A DNA stretch of 56,959 nucleotides, the filler included, from Sphacelaria rigidula (taxonomy: Eukaryota), in assembly GCA_964200075.2 (NCBI GenBank). It is 8 parts of 8 records of this genome, joined end to end, with 100 filler letters (N's around TTAATTAATTAA, not from the genome) between each part and the next. Parts side by side here need not be neighbours in the genome. Positions count along the whole stretch, not along the records: positions 1 to 7,033 come from CAXNAA020016847.1; positions 7,134 to 14,166 come from CAXNAA020016848.1; 6 more parts are not named here. The stretch is one strand, 5' to 3'. The notes beneath the pieces are model-generated. The model saw only the letters and a list, made by a program, of their open reading frames with translations, did not search any database and had not been told where the DNA came from. Positions 1 to 12,686 of this stretch are shown here, in pieces; the first letter of the stretch is position 1; every line of letters begins with the position of its first letter. Both the position numbers and the translations under genes were made by a program.

Positions 1-2439
1 TATTGGTGGTATGCTCCTTGCACTCTGTGACCACGGGTTCGAGAGATCGAGCTAATGTGATGGATATAATAATAAGTACGGTTGGGCAGTGGCCTCCTGG
101 GTAGTAATTTGTTAGGATCGAAAACGCTACACTTGACCTATTTCCAGAGCACGTATCTACGACGTCTTGTTGCATTGATTCACCTCGCTCGTCGGTCCGC
201 GTTATCGTGAACCTGGCGAGCCGCCAAGTCGGCACCACTGTGAATGTTATGGGGCATCAACAAACAAAGCGGTGCCACGATAATGTATTCTGTTGAATGG
301 CCGTGAAGAGGAAGACATCTTACGTGGACATGACGAGTACGTGCTATCTCTCTCTTCAGGCGGATGGCTGACTTGTGGAGCAGTTGAAACAAATCGATGC
401 CGTGGCATCAGATTTTAAACAGGCCGTGTCTTATCAAACACACTCGTCTCGAAACCGTGTGATCGAATCGAATTGATCACTCCGAGGTCGTATCAGATAC
501 GTCCACGGCATTTTTGTTCTCGGATCGCTTTAAATCCATTTTATCATTAGTTGCGCGCGACGGGCATGGTCAAAAACAGAAATGCTTAGCTTTTTCGAGC
601 GAAATGAGCGGCGGAATAAACGGATCGGCACGTAACTCATATGTTACAGACAACCGTGTCAGTTGTTGTCACTGAGTATATTCATATAACTTTTATTTTG
701 GAAAGTTCATGTAAAGAAATACAATATATAATTACACTATACGATTGAAGTCTGCCCTCTACAGTCGTAGAGGTATCACAAACTTCGTTGGTACCTAGTT
801 GTTCTGCAGTTTCTATCTATCGACGACAGCGGGTCGGTCGACGGTTGATCAGTCGAATGAGGAAAACGAATTAAAGAAGCGTGACTTGATTACGTTGGGA
901 CGCCTGATGCAGACGTGTCAAACGCCAAACCCCAACTCAAATCGCATGAAGAGCGTTCTGAACATGATGTAGTACAGATATGTACCTACTCCGAAACAAA
1001 ATAACGGTAACCGGCGATCACAAAATAAACATTCTATTCAGCGAGCCCGGTGATAATGTGAGCTCTTTGTCCCAAGGTATCGCCAGCCTTGGCATACTTG
1101 TTCCTATATCCAGGTCCTCATGGAGAGTCTCTGCTGCTGCATACTACAGATTGGTGATTTTCGAATCGCTTGCCACGTTCAAAGACATTTTCGGGCATCC
1201 CAAGCCTCTTAGCAGCTCAATGTGAGTGATTGCATTTTTCACAACTATTTATGATCTTTGCAGGGAAAAAAGTCAAACACCGTATTTTTCTCTGCCTCAG
1301 GCGGCGTTCGTGCGCGGCACCCCCCACCAGCCGGCAGGGGCGACTAACTGGAAAAAATCGATTTACTGGCAACTGGCGCGGCCAGTTTCGACCGAACTGA
1401 ACAGAGCTGATTGTTAACAGCCCTGACAAAAATGCTGTTTTTTTCGTTCGATCAGGGTGTGTTCGGTAGGGTATGAGAGTCCTCACAAATCTTACAGAAC
1501 CGACGAGTACCCGGATAAAATCCTTACTTCGAGAAGTATAAGTATTCCATTTTCACAAGAGGAGCATAGCCGGGGATCAGAGCGTAGCGAGATGTGAGAG
1601 TTGTGGATCGGGACGAATGTTTACAGTATGCAACTTCTAGCCAGCCGGAGTGCAGTCTAGTACGAATCCGATTATGCATAACCAGATTTATACTATTGTT
1701 CCGGTCGACGGAGGAAAGACCGAAACAGCTGTCACTTGGCTGACATGATAATTTAGATAGAACCTACCACCGTTCGGACGAATCATTGCCGGTTCGAATA
1801 GCCAAATCCACGATTTCTTGGGCCTGATTACTCTAAAAAGAGAGAAAAGTCGAACGCTGGTCGAACAGGTCTCCGCGCGACTTTCGCACCGTTCGACGTG
1901 CCTGGGCTGCGCGTACCTGGCTTGCAACGCTGAAAACAAAGCCTAAGGATTGATTCGTACAGTACGAATCAATTACACTAAAATCAAGTATTTTTCACAT
2001 GGATCATCAATTCGTCCGACCCTGGCAATCCAAAGACAGTGTGGTACGCGGGGACATTACGGTAGTACACTATCGTTCAGTGTTCTCAACGAAGCACCTC
2101 CGGCTTCTCCTTGGTGTTTGTGATGGACACACACACACTACAGTGGGAGAGCACACTCAGCATACAATATACACACTAGGCTGTAGGCCTAGAGGAGGGG
2201 AGCCAGGAGAGAGGAAGGCAGAGACAGCAACACACAGAATGACACAGCAACAGGAGCAGACCCCAGACGCCTTTCCATGGGTTGCCGACGTAAAATATGC
2301 ACCAGACCGGAGGCACTCTCAGTACACATTACACGAACTCTTGGCTGAGTACTGAAAAAAAGGCGAGGCAGGAAAGACAGGAGAGAGGCCAACACAGACA
2401 GCGATGACCATAGTAGATGCGAACTCCTTGCGGATTTTG

Positions 2440-2640
2440 ACTACAGCCAGGCTCACCTTCTTGCCGATTTCTGGTCGCTCCATACTTTTTATCCGACCTA
2501 TCCGCTCTCCGGGCAAACCTTCACGACGTGATGACCCGATTTGAGTTCGCTCGTAGTAGGGTAGGTAGCGAAGAGTGAACGTCTCTACCGCCCTCGTACT
2601 CTTCGATGAGGGGAACCCGCACACTCGCCGTTTGTCGACA
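2440..2640 (-). pseudogene. Short decayed Gypsy reverse-transcriptase (thumb region) fragment, inverted relative to the adjacent element
   Basis: Minus-strand peptide SSRREGLPGERIGRIKSMERPEIGKK resembles the Gypsy RT motif VSxEGIxPDPxRIxAIxxMxxP; heavily decayed. Confidence 0.3.
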
Positions 2641-3659
2641 TGTCAAGCGAGATTAGTTTAGATCAATCGCGGGGCCGTACGCTCTCCTGGTGGGAAGGAG
2701 CTCGTTGCTCTGTTGTTCAGCGGAGCTGGGTGTCTCACTGAGCAGGCCTAAGTCTCAGCCGTGCATGTGGGCGCACCGTATCGGACGAGACGGACCAATG
2801 TGATCGCCTTGAAAGCTGATCGTCGAAGGAAAGGACAACTGCGAGCGTGGAAGCAGCGAGTGGAAGCGTACGCCGTTGCCTGCCCCAGGTTGGGGTAGCG
2901 ATTAGGGCGGACAGGTATTTATTTTCCTGGTGCCGATATGACAGGGCAAGGCGATTCACACTTCCGAGGATCCGATGCCCAGGATATCTCGTCCTTGGCC
3001 GACAGAAGGGGAAACCGAGGCGCGAGGAATTCAGACCTCATAGGGCGGACGCAGGTGGATGGAAAGACGCAGTCGAGCTGGAAAGAGACGATTTCGTGAA
3101 AGCTGCTATTACGCGTGACTTTCACGAGAAAACCACCCACGGTAAATAACGACGCCATGCCAGAGATTGTGTCTAATTTCGTTCACCCGTGGATGATGAA
3201 GGCGGTTCTATCAAGTGGAAGCGGAAGGTTTCTACAGCCTGACTCATACCCAGGGTGACAATGAGGATTTGAGCACGCTCGCTGCGATGTGGCATCGTGA
3301 CGAAGCAGAGTTACCAGAGGCTTGAGGAGCCGCCGTATCTCGTTCATTGGTTCAAGAGGCAGAGCGGAAGTCAACCTAAGACCCTGGTGTGGGGGAGGTT
3401 TCAACTAGGGAGCCACGGATACCATGTAGAGGTTACCCCCAGACCTTTCTCGAGCAAGCGAGAGCGGTTCTGATGGATAGGCCGCGACTACCTTTGCTGC
3501 AAGAGCGGGACCCCCGGCTTGGGCCCATCAGGAATGGGTGACTGTAGGAGGATAGGGACGAAGGAACAGGTAAGGGGCAGGAAGCATACGTTCCAAATGA
3601 TGATGATATTCTATGGTATACTTCATCTAGGGCACCAGGGAAGTTAGCTTTCCCACGCA

Positions 3660-4330
3660 GTCTAGTGCCTGGCCTGCCGGCGTTGGTGCACACTACGCAT
3701 GGGCCCGCTGGAGTGATGAGGACGACTGCAGTGGTCAACGCACACTATGAATGACCCGGTCTGTTCGCCGACACTCGCAAGTACGTGCGGTCTTGTGGAT
3801 GTCGCCGACGCAAGGGTACTAATAGTTACACCATGACGATGCGACCCGCCCGCTTCTTGCAACCCTGGGAGATGATGGAGATGGGCATATCAGACATGAA
3901 ACATGTTTCTACTTCTACGGATGGGTACTTGTTGGTTGTTAATCGAGCTGCCAAGTTTCTCTTTGCTTTCCTACTAGTAGCTAAGGTTACTGAGCAAGTA
4001 GCTTAGTGTCTGCTAAAACTGTTCTTCACGTTCGAAATATCCTATTTCCTTTGAAGTGACGCTCGGAGGGAGTTCATTTCGGAAGTTGTAAACCACGTAT
4101 GCCATGTGGATGGAGGTGTAACTCGATCATGGCCCCGCAGAGCATCCTCGCGATCAGGGCGCGGTGGGAAAATGCGGAGGGTGGTTGCATGGCGTTCTAG
4201 CCGAGCTTTGTAACCAGTGGCTGGAATGATGGGACGAGCATGTGGATCATGTTGTATGGATTTATCAAGCTACTCCCGGTCAGTCACTGCCTCATTACCC
4301 GAAGTCATTTATGCTGCTTTTTAGCGCGAG
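3660..4330 (+). pseudogene. Gypsy integrase (HHCC zinc finger plus DDE core), disrupted
   Basis: LVHTTHGPAGVMRT...YVRSCGCRRRK; LQPWEMMEM; YLLVVNRAAKF; SDARREFISEV; HPRDQGAVGK; in-frame stops. Confidence 0.8.
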
Positions 4331-5114
4331 CCTCGCACTCAAATCGACTCTGTGTCGCCTGAAGTAGAATCCCACCGTTGTACCACATAGTAGAGCAACA
4401 GCGCGACAAAACTGAAGGAGGTTCATGAGCTATTGACCCAACGTCACGGGCGTAGGTGAGAGGTGAGATCAGCTAGAAATGCCGAGATGACTCGCTAGTC
4501 GGCAGGATCGCGAGCTAAGGTATACGATATGGTGCTAGTCAAAACGGCCGACAGCTCCCTTCTCAACGAAGATGTACCGGGCAAATGAGTACACGACTTG
4601 TGGACTGGGCCGTGGACGGTGCGCCAGGTGGTGATATCAGGTCTCAATCTTGAGGTCAAAATGCAGGTGCGTAAAGTACCAGAGTGAACGGTGTCCGCGG
4701 CCAACGCGAAGAAGTTTCATGTGCGCCCAGAAGAGCTGCAACACTCATTGCCCAACGAGGCCCCACAGTTAGCTTGGGGGGGCAGATTCAGGGTTGGCTC
4801 AAATCCACACCTCTACTACATACTCCAATGGATAAGAAAGCAGTGCTGGGCCCAGGATCGTCGTGAGTGTGGGAATATCGGTGGCTGTTTCACGGCGGAG
4901 CTGAGCCACATTGGCTTTCAGAGGAGAGGACTTGGACAGTTTCACTGGGTTACAGTCGGACGTGATTTATGTCTTGTGGGAATTGTATTATCCACAGACC
5001 GGGCTACGTCCATGTGATACACCATCTCAAGTAGAAAGAGACTCCATTGCTCGGGATGACGCGTTACGGCAGATTCCTCAAGGTACGAAGATCCGTAAAC
5101 GGTTTGCGGACAGC

Positions 5115-5490
5115 CCAGAGCGGTCAACAAGATCAAGAAGTTCTCCAGACTGGATGGGATCGTTTCTGTGCGGTGTTTGAATTCCATACGTCGTCCAACC
5201 CGGCAGAGCAATTAACAAGATGAAGGACTTCTCCGGTTTGGATGGAATCGTTTCTGCACGGTGTTTGAATGCCCTACGTGGTCTGATCCGGCAAAGCCGT
5301 CAACAAGACCAAGAAGAAGTTCTTCAGATAGGATGGTATCGTTTCTGTACGGTGTTTCAATTCCCTACGTCGTCTAGCCCGGCAGAGAGGTCTACAAGAG
5401 CGGGGGTTGCCGAGACTGTCCGAGGTCGTCCTGCGCGATGTTTAAGTTCCCTACGTGGTCCAACCGGGCAGAACAGTTACCAAGATCGAC
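5115..5490 (+). repeat. About 87-90-bp tandem repeat, 4 full units plus a partial one, in the Gypsy 3' UTR
   Basis: Recurring ggcagag..aacaaga...ggatgg.atcgtttctg..cggtgttt.aattccctacgt units starting at ~5115, 5199, 5288, 5378 and 5464. Confidence 0.85.
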
Positions 5491-5602
5491 GGCTGTACGA
5501 AGCAAGGCCGATTACTCGGGGAGAAGTAACATGATGACGCGGCGATATATCGTCGAACCACGTTCAGTCCCGGGATTTTTCGACCCTAGGCCTGAGGGGG
5601 GG

Positions 5603-5872
5603 TGTTATGGATCGCGGCGTAATGGTAAAAGAGTATTACAAGGATGAGCCCAGCTATTCGACTGACGGGCTCGGAGAACTAGTTGATGTGATCTATGTGT
5701 ATTCCAAATAGAGGAGAGGGAGGGTGCCCGTTGTAGGGATTACAGACACGCCTCCGTGCGCGTCGTGGTTGAATGATTCGGCATGACCTTCGCTTATACT
5801 CTCTCTACGCGAGTAAAACAAGCTAAGAGCTTATGTTAATGTGTTGATAGGGCAATCGAAACCACCACCACA
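5603..5872 (+). repeat. Probable 3' LTR of the Gypsy element
   Basis: Starts TGTTATGG directly after the PPT GAGGGGGGG and ends CCACCACA; the partner LTR is not visible. Confidence 0.55.
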
Positions 5873-6874
5873 AAAGAGGAATATCATCGCCTGAAGTTGT
5901 GATCAAGACACCCTGACATTCAAGATGAGCTGTTCTGCGCTGAACTGATCATCCCTTGTGCTGGAGACCGTTTGCGGTCATCATTCTGCGATTTCGCCGT
6001 CCGATAATGGTGAGCCAGTATAAAAGTCAAATCATGTGTGAATGAATATGCCGCATGTCGTTTGAAGTAGCAAGATTTCATGTTTACTCCCCGACACTTG
6101 AAGATGCGTCCAGATCGTGTGTACAGCGATCATGATAACCATAACAATTGAGACAATAGTAAAAACGAGCTAGTGCACGGACAAGCCAGAGAGGCTACTA
6201 CCCAGTCTGTCCGCAACGGTTGGCCTTGTTTTGCAGACGTCGGGTGCAGTGTACGATTACAATAACACTCCCCAGGCTGCAATCATTAGATCTTGACGAA
6301 ACGGCGCAACCGTCCGTGCTCGCATCTGTGTATGCGAGAACAGTAGCGGTGACTGGAATACCACCCTGCTTTTCGACGACGTGTTCTATTGCGCACAGAG
6401 GCACGTCCTGTCCAAACAGAGAGGCAGAGACGAATCTTTGCATCGGTCAGCACCATGGATAGGAGACGACAACCGTGGGCATCCCGATCTTGTTTCCACG
6501 GCTGTGGTGCAATAACCCGCCTGCCAACACATGACAACTTGGGTATGTGATGGTAACGTGATGCCAACATCTCGAGTGGTTCGGAATCGCCAAACGAGAA
6601 CACACAACGGACACCGGCGAGGTGCTTCCTCTCTACCGTTGCTCCTCTCTCTGGTAGTATCGTCATCGACACATATAAAGACCTCATTCGTTCGGTGCAT
6701 CTAGCTACACCCGCTTACCAACAACTACAGACGGTTTTCGGGGTACAACAACCAATTGTGCGAATTGAGGTTTAACTCCGAGATGAGGTCCAAGCCTAAA
6801 ACAGTGCGTTCCCCACACATTCAGCGATGGTGCCCAGCGACGTTTTTGTAGGCCTAATGCCCGTCGATCTCGTA

Positions 6875-7033
6875 GATACCTTTTCAGCGCAATTCACCGA
6901 CTCTGTGAGCTCACAGTACTGACCGAAACGATCATCCCCCCCCCTTTTTTTAGGGGGGTAATATCAGGGAAAATGACGGTTTCGGTCAGCGCTGTAAGCT
7001 CACAGAGTCGGTGAATTGCGCTGAAAACGTATC
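6875..7033. mobile_element. Small foldback/MITE hairpin with ~60-bp arms (GATAC...GTATC), ending at a spacer
   Basis: gataccttttcagcgcaattcaccgactctgtgagc pairs with gctcacagagtcggtgaattgcgctgaaaacgtatc. Confidence 0.75.
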
Positions 7034-7133
7034 NNNNNNNNNNNNNNNNNNNNNNNNNNNNNNNNNNNNNNNNNNNNTTAATTAATTAANNNNNNNNNNN
7101 NNNNNNNNNNNNNNNNNNNNNNNNNNNNNNNNN
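7034..7133. other. Artificial spacer N44-TTAATTAATTAA-N44
   Basis: Six-frame-stop linker, identical at 7 evenly spaced positions. Confidence 0.99.
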
Positions 7134-7549
7134 GTCCGTTTTCGCGTGACCATATCTCGCGAGCAACACGTTTTCGTTTCGTTTTCTTTTCGTTTTTTCC
7201 TCGAGTCTCGGGTGCCAATGACCCCCCCCGAATGATGTGCGTGGAGAATTCGGAGAGAAGACAGTCAAAATGGCGTGTTTTGATGTTTTCGCGTTTCTGG
7301 CCATTTCTCGTACCTTTTTTAGGCAAAAACGAGCAGGTATACCTTTTCTGAGCCATTGCCCTTAGTTTTGTATCGGTTGCTCGTCTCACTGTCGCACGAA
7401 TGGGCACATGAACACTGCAGTGCAGTAGGGTGCGGGGCATTATGATACCATATACAATGGGTAAGTTGTGCAGGGTCTAAACGTTTCGTATGAGAAAACA
7501 GCATCAGTTGCCATATCAGCTGTTCGGAGGATTGTGAGGTAGGCTGCAA

Positions 7550-8900
7550 TGGTTGCCGTGTACGCTGCAGTGGTTGTCTATTCTGTTCTGTATTTGTATC
7601 GCAAGTACTCACTATGTTCGATGGCACGTCGGAAGTAAACACCCAGAGAGATTATCCCCACCTGAACAGTATTTTCAAAACGGATATCCGAAATCGCTTC
7701 CGACTAATTCTGAACAGAAATTGCTCTCTTCATACTGACCAGCTGTATGCGTTGGTGAAAAGAAATGGAGGCTTGATATACGGTGCGGAGACGTGTGGGC
7801 AATATGAGGGGAAATATAATAACCCATATTTTTATTGCCGCGGTGTTCCCCCTCCCTGACTCCCCGACCCGGGGGACAATGCCCGCTTCGAGAAGCTTCG
7901 AACCCATCATATGCACATTGGAAAGGAAAGTTCGATGCTAGAGTTCTCTCCCAGACGGCACGTTGTGCGCTCCAACTTGTGCCAATGCGTTTCTTCGCCC
8001 AAGATGCTGAGAAAAGGCTGCGCGTGTTAGTGAGCGCTATGAGCAAACTTTGAGAATAATCCATTCTACACGTGGTCTACCTTCGGCTCGAAAGTGCTAC
8101 GCGGAAATGAAGCTCGGCCCTGCCGTTCTGAAGAGTACAATTGCCCGGGTACAGAGCACCAAGCAGCTCTCCGAAGCCCGACGCGCTTGCTGAGCAATCG
8201 ATCTTGAAAGGGCAGCTTCGCTCAGAGCACATGGAGAACTGTGGTTCTAGAGTCGGCCTGCCGTGCGCTGTTGCGAAACTAAACTAAACCGAAAAGCTAG
8301 CGGTTGTTTGTTAGTGTACAAAAATGATCTGAAAGATGAGCGTGGTTGTTCTGTGGGCTGTTCTGTGATGACCTTTGCACAGCAAAAACCGAGCGCATGC
8401 GCAGTTAATTCGATCGTAACTCAGAGGTGTCCTCGAATATTGATCACTACTGTGAAGCGCAGAAGGTATTATGCAGCCTTCGATCTCGTACTTGTGAGGG
8501 AGACAGCGTACGTTGCACCCTGTACGAACGGCACCCTGCAGCCAGCAGAACAAACTGCAGTACAGTCGGTTCAACATACATTAGGGTACCCATAGCACCG
8601 TACCGACATGTACTCGTAGCCAGTTTTTACGCTCTTCTGGTAATAAATGTAAGGTGCAGTTGGTATACCGGGTACGAGTTCTCGTAGTAGTAAACAAGTT
8701 GCAGGGAGATTTTGAACGGACCGCAGCCACAACATTAGGGTACCACAATTTTCTAACCGCGACGGTAGCACTTGAAAGGAATTATCAAGCTTCGGGTGCT
8801 GATACCCGCGAGTCACTGACGTGCCATTCTGCTACCGCGAGCTAAGGTTGTGGCTACAGGGCTGTGTGGACAGAGATGGAGGTGTCGATGAAGGGGCGAT
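7550..8900 (+). pseudogene. Highly decayed coding remnant, possibly a DNA transposase (CACTA/Plavaka-like)
   Basis: Protein-like fragments across shifting frames (LPDPGGQCP..SYAHWKGK; QGDFER..TTLGYHN..ELRLWLQG) resemble transposase C-termini; no clean catalytic motif. Confidence 0.25.
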
Positions 8901-10540
8901 GAACGTAAGCGTTTCGGGTAGAGAGTATACAGCGGTAGCCGTTTTTGTTTTTCTCCGCCGTAGTGTGCAGGGCTGTTGCTGGTTGACGACCGAACGCGAG
9001 GGGTACGGGAGCGGATCTCGAAAAAAAGTAAGAAAATCAAATTCTCACATAAGCTCGCATTTTCTGTTTTCTCTTGTATCGCCGACGAACCTCCGCGCCG
9101 TACATCAGGCCTCCATCTAACTGCAGGAGGCGCGCAGTGCACACACAGTAAACTAAGCACTAATATTTGCCGTGTGTTCTCTGCTGATTAGGCCCGCATC
9201 CACGTGAAAGAGATGGGTGAAACACTTATTGGAAGCTCTATGTGGTGAAAAAGCGCGAAGAGCGATGTGTTTTGTTGTCATCATCCATCGATGTAGTGAT
9301 TGTCGCATACGCCATATTCATTGATCAGCGATGGATCCATCCGTGGTTACAACCAAATACCCACCCGAGGTATATTCCACAGACTTTAACAAGTCGCTGA
9401 AGTAACGTCGGTGACGGGGAACGATGGCAAAAAAGAGGAGAGGACAAATACAGTAAAATATAACCGGGACTAAAGTAAAGAGAAAGGATTGTTGAAACGA
9501 AATGGCGAGAACAAGGAATACCAGGCCAAAGTCTAGAACAAGCACCGGTCCCGAGAAGGCATTTACGACGGCGACAACAACAGCAACAACAGCAACTACA
9601 ACAACAACGCTCATCCTTAGTCAGGGGCAGAGCGGGCCACTCTCCTCAGCCATTTTCGTTTGAAATCCCTCGCATGCCGTTGCTGCTATGATCCTGGTGG
9701 CGGCGGCTCTCCCATTGGCGGCTCTCAGCGCAATAGCCTTTTGCTTGTCACGTGGGTTGGACTGGCGTAGGTTTTTGCGTCGTCACGCCTCCTCGATCTC
9801 CTCCGCACCTTCGCCGCTCAGCATTCAAGTATATTTAAAGTGCATGTACAGCATTGGCGACATTCAAGGGTCGCCGAAGCGTGAACAGCCCGCATCATGG
9901 GCACAAACCATGTTTCAATCGCTACGTCCTCCGTCAGTAATGCAGGTGCTCCTTCTGGGCGCAATATGCACGGATTACTACAGTAGCACCAAATACGCAC
10001 AAAGTTCCAGCATTTGGAGTCCAACAACGTGAACAGATGCAACAACGCCTGCAAACCGCCGCAAACTGTTTTTTCACAGCACCGGCATCTCGGAGGCACG
10101 AACGATTGTTCGTCCAAACGCAAACAGCAGGACACCGCCCCCTCTCCGCCGCAAGCACCCCCTCGCTCCCTGAGAGTCGTCAGCCGAGGTCGACGACGGT
10201 GTCGGCACCGCCGTCGTTCACGAGGTCCTCGCCCGTCTCCAAGCCGCACTCCTTTGTCACTTTATATGTGCCCTCGTGGTGTTAGATACGAACCAGTGAG
10301 TGTTGACGCCCGAGTATGGCGTGCCGCCGTCTGGTCTGATGTGGCGTTGTAAGATGACTTGGTGTTTCGAGCTGTACAGTGTGCATGGCGGACAAGGGGC
10401 ACCGGATTTCGACCCCGGAAGTTCATTTCTGTTCCGTCTAGAAGGCCTGTCTTATTGCTAACTCGCGTCCTGGGTGGTTTGAGCTGTGGGTGCTGCATAC
10501 AGGCTGGTTCACGGAAAAAACCCTGAGTACACTCATCGGC

Positions 10541-10822
10541 AAAACTTCACGCCGTTTGAAGGAGTTAGACCCTAAACATTTGCACAGGTTTTCTATGGAT
10601 CATTACGCAACCTTTGCAACGACGAGGCGTTTTTGACCTTTTGACTTTTTCACCGTTTTTCCGGGGTCCCAATTTTGTCGGGAAAACTTCGATCCAGTCG
10701 GACCCCCGTAAAACGGAAAAAAATAAAATGAAAAACCTCGTTCATACAAAGTTGCGTAATGACCCATAGAACACCTGTGCAAAATTTCAGGGTCTAACTC
10801 CTTAAAACGACGTCAAGTTTTT
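10541..10822. mobile_element. Foldback element with ~125-bp imperfect inverted arms; a related partial copy lies at ~11030-11170
   Basis: aaggagttagaccctaaacatttgcacaggttttctatggatcattacgcaac pairs with gttgcgtaatgacccatagaacacctgtgcaaaatttcagggtctaactcctt. Confidence 0.8.
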
Positions 10823-11179
10823 CGCGTTTGTGCGATGAACCTTGCCGTGCCACGGTGAAACGGCAATCTACTGGATTTTGGTATGAAAATGGCGTTTTAG
10901 GGCCTTTCTCGACGTGATCATGAAAATTCAAGCACCAATTAATCGATTTGGCCACGAAACTCTGTGGGGTTCTTCCTTGGGTGTGCGACGGCAGAGCGTT
11001 CGCGAAAAAAATGAAAAAAAATACTTTCGTGCCGGTTTTCCGGGGTCCCAGAATGGAGGACCTCGAAAAAACGACTTGGATCCCGTCAGACCCCCGGAAA
11101 ACGGTGAAAAATTCAAGAAATAGAAAAACGTCGTTGATCGAAACTTGTGTGATGATTCATAGCACATTCTGTCGAACCC

Positions 11180-12150
11180 AGCTCGGATGACCTCTTTGAG
11201 CCTTCTTCACGCTGCTCGCAAGGTACGTCATGCGAGGTTACCTCTCGGCCCTACTCGTATCGCCAGCCTTGCTTTCTCGCTCTCATTCAAGGTCTGTTCA
11301 AATGCAGGGGATGTGACAGCATTCTTGCACCACACCTGTACACGAGGCTGCTTCGCAGCCAGTCGTCTCACGTATCTCCAGGTTCGCCCTGTGTGGGCTC
11401 GCTCGCTTACGGGAACCTTTATGAGTTGCTCACGTCTGTCGATGTAACCCGTTGTTAATCTCCTGTCTTTCACACTCGCGCCCAGAGGGGGTTCGCCGGT
11501 TTTGTTGCGTTCGAATCAGTGAGGGAATACAACTGTTTTACGTTACTCCATGTTTTGTTCAACTTTGTGGACTCGCCCTCTTTCAAGTTTTGCGTGCGAG
11601 CATTTTCCCCTGTTCCAACTTTTCCTTTGTCCAATCTCTAGAGATACAGGCCGTGCATCTGGCTCTTGCTGCGAGGGTGCAGCTTTCCCAGCCCGCTCCG
11701 GTGGCTGGCTCCAGTCCGCCAAATCTAGCACCTGAGTTCCTCGCGCCTTATCTGCATGCACGAGCTTCCCTTGACAGTGTCCCAAGTCTGAATAGCATTC
11801 CTCAGGCGTGGGGTTGAGTTTTGGGTCCACGTATTGGGCACGACTCTCAGCTACAGGCTTGAATTTGAAGCCCGATAGTGTCGACGCAGTCCACCGGCTA
11901 GTGTGTAGGCCATATCACACCCCCGCACGCGTGTTGTTGTGTCGTTCGGTTGCTGGCTACGCTTTCTCGACACAACCATCCCCGATCGGATGGCGGTTGG
12001 GAGGTGGAGGTGAAATTGTCGAGGGCTTCTACTACTGCGCTCTCTGTAGAATAAATACATACGACGGGAAAAAAGAAGAGGCGTTTCGCATTTTGGAACT
12101 TTGTTACAGAAGTTGACGAAAATCCCACCATTGGTCAACACAAGTCATGG
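11180..12150 (-). pseudogene. Decayed LINE ORF2 remnant (end of APE endonuclease and linker toward RT)
   Basis: NFTSTSQPPSDRG resembles the APE SDH motif; PRVQVWCKNAVTSPAFE...RTLRAA*RRLKEVIRAG resembles the post-endonuclease region of RTE-like LINEs. Confidence 0.55.
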
Positions 12151-12241
12151 AGTTTTTTCTATGTTGAATCCCCTCAGCCGGTGTCCTATATTCATGAGAG
12201 GGGGATCAAGACACTTTGACCTGTGACAGAATTTTCCCTAT

Positions 12242-12686
12242 AACACGGGATCTTACAAATTGGGGATGGATCATTTATTGGGGATGAGAAACCCGGAGGA
12301 TTAAAATCTTCGTATCCGCACCAAATGTTCGAAATATGGTTCCCTTTCTTCACGTACTGACAGCTATTGACAACTGCTACACGCCATAGGAATTTGGATT
12401 TCGAACACCGAAATGTTGGGGTCGTGGGTGAAAAAAAACATTTCGGAACCATTTTGGCGTCCGCTCGGACACCCGGAATTTCACAAAACTGCTTTTTCAC
12501 CTAGGACCCCAACATTTCGGTGTTCGAAACCCAAATTCCTGTGGCGTGTAGCAGTTGTCAATAGCTGTCAGTACGTGAAGAAAGGGAACCATATTTCGAA
12601 TATTTGGTGCGGATACGAAGATTTTAATCCTCCGGGTTTCTCATCCCCGATAAATGATCCATCCCCAATTTGTAAGATCCTGTGTT
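12242..12686. mobile_element. 445-bp foldback MITE (AACAC...GTGTT), ~195-bp TIRs, 4-bp TSD CTAT
   Basis: Near-perfect palindrome; CTAT at 12238-12241 and 12687-12690. Confidence 0.92.

Larger units (their letters stand above)
2780..5872 (+). mobile_element. Degenerate Ty3/Gypsy LTR retrotransposon, 3' half (RNase H remnant, integrase, GPY/F, chromodomain-like, PPT, 3' LTR)
   Basis: Domain order RH-INT-GPY/F (LWTGPWTV ~4600)-chromo-like (~4860-4990), followed by a G-rich PPT at 5594-5602 and a TG...CA segment; many stops and frameshifts. Confidence 0.75.

Noticed and set aside
300-480. WD40-like (LRGHDEYVLSLS) or hAT-like (ADLWSS) peptides
   Set aside because: Isolated short motifs with no supporting exons or context
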